64,000 bases of DNA from Patescibacteria group bacterium (GTDB taxonomy: Bacteria; Patescibacteriota; UBA1384; XYA2-FULL-43-10; 1-14-0-10-43-13). Positions within the stretch are counted from its first letter, which is position 1. Every line of letters begins with the position of its first letter. The stretch spans positions 66,040 to 130,039 of the forward strand of contig JBAYVE010000003.1 of assembly GCA_041674765.1 (NCBI GenBank), written 5' to 3'. The position numbers and the translations under genes were made by a program. The notes beneath the pieces are model-generated. The model ran no database searches. It was not told where the DNA came from and was given only the letters and a program-made list of their open reading frames with translations. Positions 62,300 to 64,000 of the stretch are shown piece after piece.

Positions 62300-63433
62300 T
62301 TGAGAAAACGGTTTCATCTGGAGGTAACAGGCAAATGCAACCTTCGCTGCCGGTATTGTTACAACTCTGCCTTCAGTACTCCTGAACAGCTCGATAATGA
62401 GCTAACTCTCGAAGAACAGCTCATGCTGATCTCTCAGGCATCTACTATGGGTTGTAACAAGTTTATCTGGTCTGGTGGTGAACCTTTCATCTACGACCAT
62501 ATCTTCGACCTGATCGAAGCGTGTCCGAAAACGAGCCACGTCTCTGTGATCACCAATGCATCACATCTCGGCGATAGCATCATCGAGCGGCTCGACAGCA
62601 TTGAACAGTTCAAGGAGTTGAAGATTTCATGGGATGGCTTTAGCGCCCACGACTCAGTTCGACTAGGTAGTTCACACCAGCAAGTTTATGATGCTATCAG
62701 GTCGGCGCGATCACACGCTCCTCGACTCAACATCATCATAAACACGATGATGAGCAAATATAGTGCCGGTGAAATAGGCCGGCTCTATGGTACGCTCAAG
62801 GACCTTGGCGTCCACCATTGGCGCATTGATATGCCGTTCAACTCCGGCCGCTGCACAGAGAATGCCGACATTATGGACATATCCTTTGAGCAAATTGTCC
62901 TGACATATCGTGATCTGCTGACGCAGTACTTCGCGGACGGCAAGCCGATGATTCTGGAGGTGTTCAATGTCTATAAGTCGATGATGGGCACTGATGCCTA
63001 TTACGACTTTGACTCCAACGTACATCCGTGTGCGTACTACGACAATACCATTGTTATGCGGCCGAATGGCGACCTGACCTATTGTCCATCACTCGGTTTC
63101 CCGCTTGCCAACTGGCGAGACGGAAAAGATCTCGCTGAGACAGAGAGACTTGCTAATCTGCATCCTTATCACGACCTTTTGCTGAGCGATATCGGCGCAT
63201 GTCTGAATTGCCGCTATATGAAGCTGTGCGGGGGTGGATGCAGAGCGGATGCAATCACATGGGGCAGTAGACTTACAGGATGCGATCCCTTCAACTGTTC
63301 GATGATGCCATATATCGAGCGACACATCATACCGATTCTGCCGCCGGTAGAGCAAGCAATGTACAGGTACTACATCGATCCGTCGAAAAATAACCCACGC
63401 TCCTACGTCAAGGCCAGTGATATCGACGTCTGA
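62300..63433 (+). CDS. Radical SAM enzyme with C-terminal SPASM domain
   Basis: CNLRCRYC, SGGEP, TNA, ISWDG..AHD..R; SPASM PC...NGD..YC and CLNCRYMKLCGGGCRA...C...C; start TTG 62300 after GAGGGG (track start 62279). Confidence 0.93.
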   Translation: MRKRFHLEVTGKCNLRCRYCYNSAFSTPEQLDNELTLEEQLMLISQASTMGCNKFIWSGGEPFIYDHIFDLIEACPKTSHVSVITNASHLGDSIIERLDSIEQFKELKISWDGFSAHDSVRLGSSHQQVYDAIRSARSHAPRLNIIINTMMSKYSAGEIGRLYGTLKDLGVHHWRIDMPFNSGRCTENADIMDISFEQIVLTYRDLLTQYFADGKPMILEVFNVYKSMMGTDAYYDFDSNVHPCAYYDNTIVMRPNGDLTYCPSLGFPLANWRDGKDLAETERLANLHPYHDLLLSDIGACLNCRYMKLCGGGCRADAITWGSRLTGCDPFNCSMMPYIERHIIPILPPVEQAMYRYYIDPSKNNPRSYVKASDIDV

Positions 63434-63467
63434 CCTTAGATTACACCATTGACCTCGCGCCTAAATC

Positions 63468-63505
63468 ATCCAGGCCGGCATACCAGCCGGCCTGGATTTT
63501 TATTT
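63468..63505 (+). terminator. Intrinsic terminator closing rSAM unit
   Basis: ATCCAGGCCGGC-ATACCA-GCCGGCCTGGAT + TTTTATTT. Confidence 0.85.
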
Positions 63506-63577
63506 ACGTTGCAAAGATGATTGATTTGATAGATACTAAAAGGACGATAACTTAACTAACTTTTCTATTTGAAAATC

Positions 63578-64000
63578 ATGGAAAAAGATTACTCATATGG
63601 GATCATACCCATCAGAAAAACAGATGACGCGTATCAGTTCCTGATAATTCTCCATATGGCGGGGCATTGGGGTTTCCCGAAGGGACACAAAGAAGATGGC
63701 GAAAACGATAATGAAGCTGCCAGGCGTGAGCTACTTGAAGAGGTCGGTATCGGAGACATTCGAATTGACCAGTCGATTAAATTATATGATAAATATATTT
63801 ACTCGTTCAACGAAATCACCTATGACAAGACAGTAACTTATTTCCCCGGCTTTGTTCCGGAGAATATCGAGATCAAGATAGACCAAAAAGAAGTTGTAGA
63901 CTACAAATGGGCATCCTTTGAAGAGGCTTTGGATATTCTAACCTTTGATAATCAAAAAAATAATCTCAAAGAGATTAATAAGTGGTTGAATGATGATAGT
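63578..64000 (+). CDS. NUDIX hydrolase, Ap4A-hydrolase-like (runs off window)
   Basis: MEKDYSYGIIP...GHWGFPKGHKEDGENDNEAARRELLEEVGI, intact Nudix box. Confidence 0.9.
   Translation, partial: MEKDYSYGIIPIRKTDDAYQFLIILHMAGHWGFPKGHKEDGENDNEAARRELLEEVGIGDIRIDQSIKLYDKYIYSFNEITYDKTVTYFPGFVPENIEIKIDQKEVVDYKWASFEEALDILTFDNQKNNLKEINKWLNDDS

Overview
A 64 kb bacterial chromosomal segment, very probably from a Patescibacteria/CPR organism. The inference rests on the absence of rpmD/L30 between rpsE and rplO, a short IF2, a ValRS without the C-terminal coiled coil, and DUF4012 and DUF5679 genes; TGA is used as a stop, so the code is standard. Bases 1-40 kb are core genes almost all on the minus strand: gyrB-gyrA-infB-cdaA-cdaR-LysM/CHAP-obgE-rpoB-rpoC-rpsL-rpsG-fusA-tuf-rpsJ, the S10/spc ribosomal cluster, secY-adk-map. 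These are interrupted by a few inserted accessory genes, many short-period palindromic spacers and a ~480-nt highly structured non-coding leader with its own promoter between rpsJ and rplC. Bases 40-64 kb are accessory: envelope glycosylation genes, stress genes, valS with an in-frame palindromic insertion, a divergent Gre-like gene, an HD hydrolase behind a leader-peptide attenuator, a ThiF + MFS + PaaK-like ligase + 7TM histidine kinase operon, and a cysteine cluster (cysS, cysK with a Cys-Cys-Cys attenuator, cysteine desulfidase). The region also has a self-contained radical SAM/SPASM unit preceded by an unannotated 10-aa peptide ORF (MVLKGHCGDD). The best candidates for undescribed systems are the micro-peptide/rSAM unit, the large structured RNA, the ThiF/PaaK/MFS/kinase module and the leaderless Cys attenuator. 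No rRNA, tRNA or CRISPR array was seen. All calls come from reading the sequence; no searches were run.
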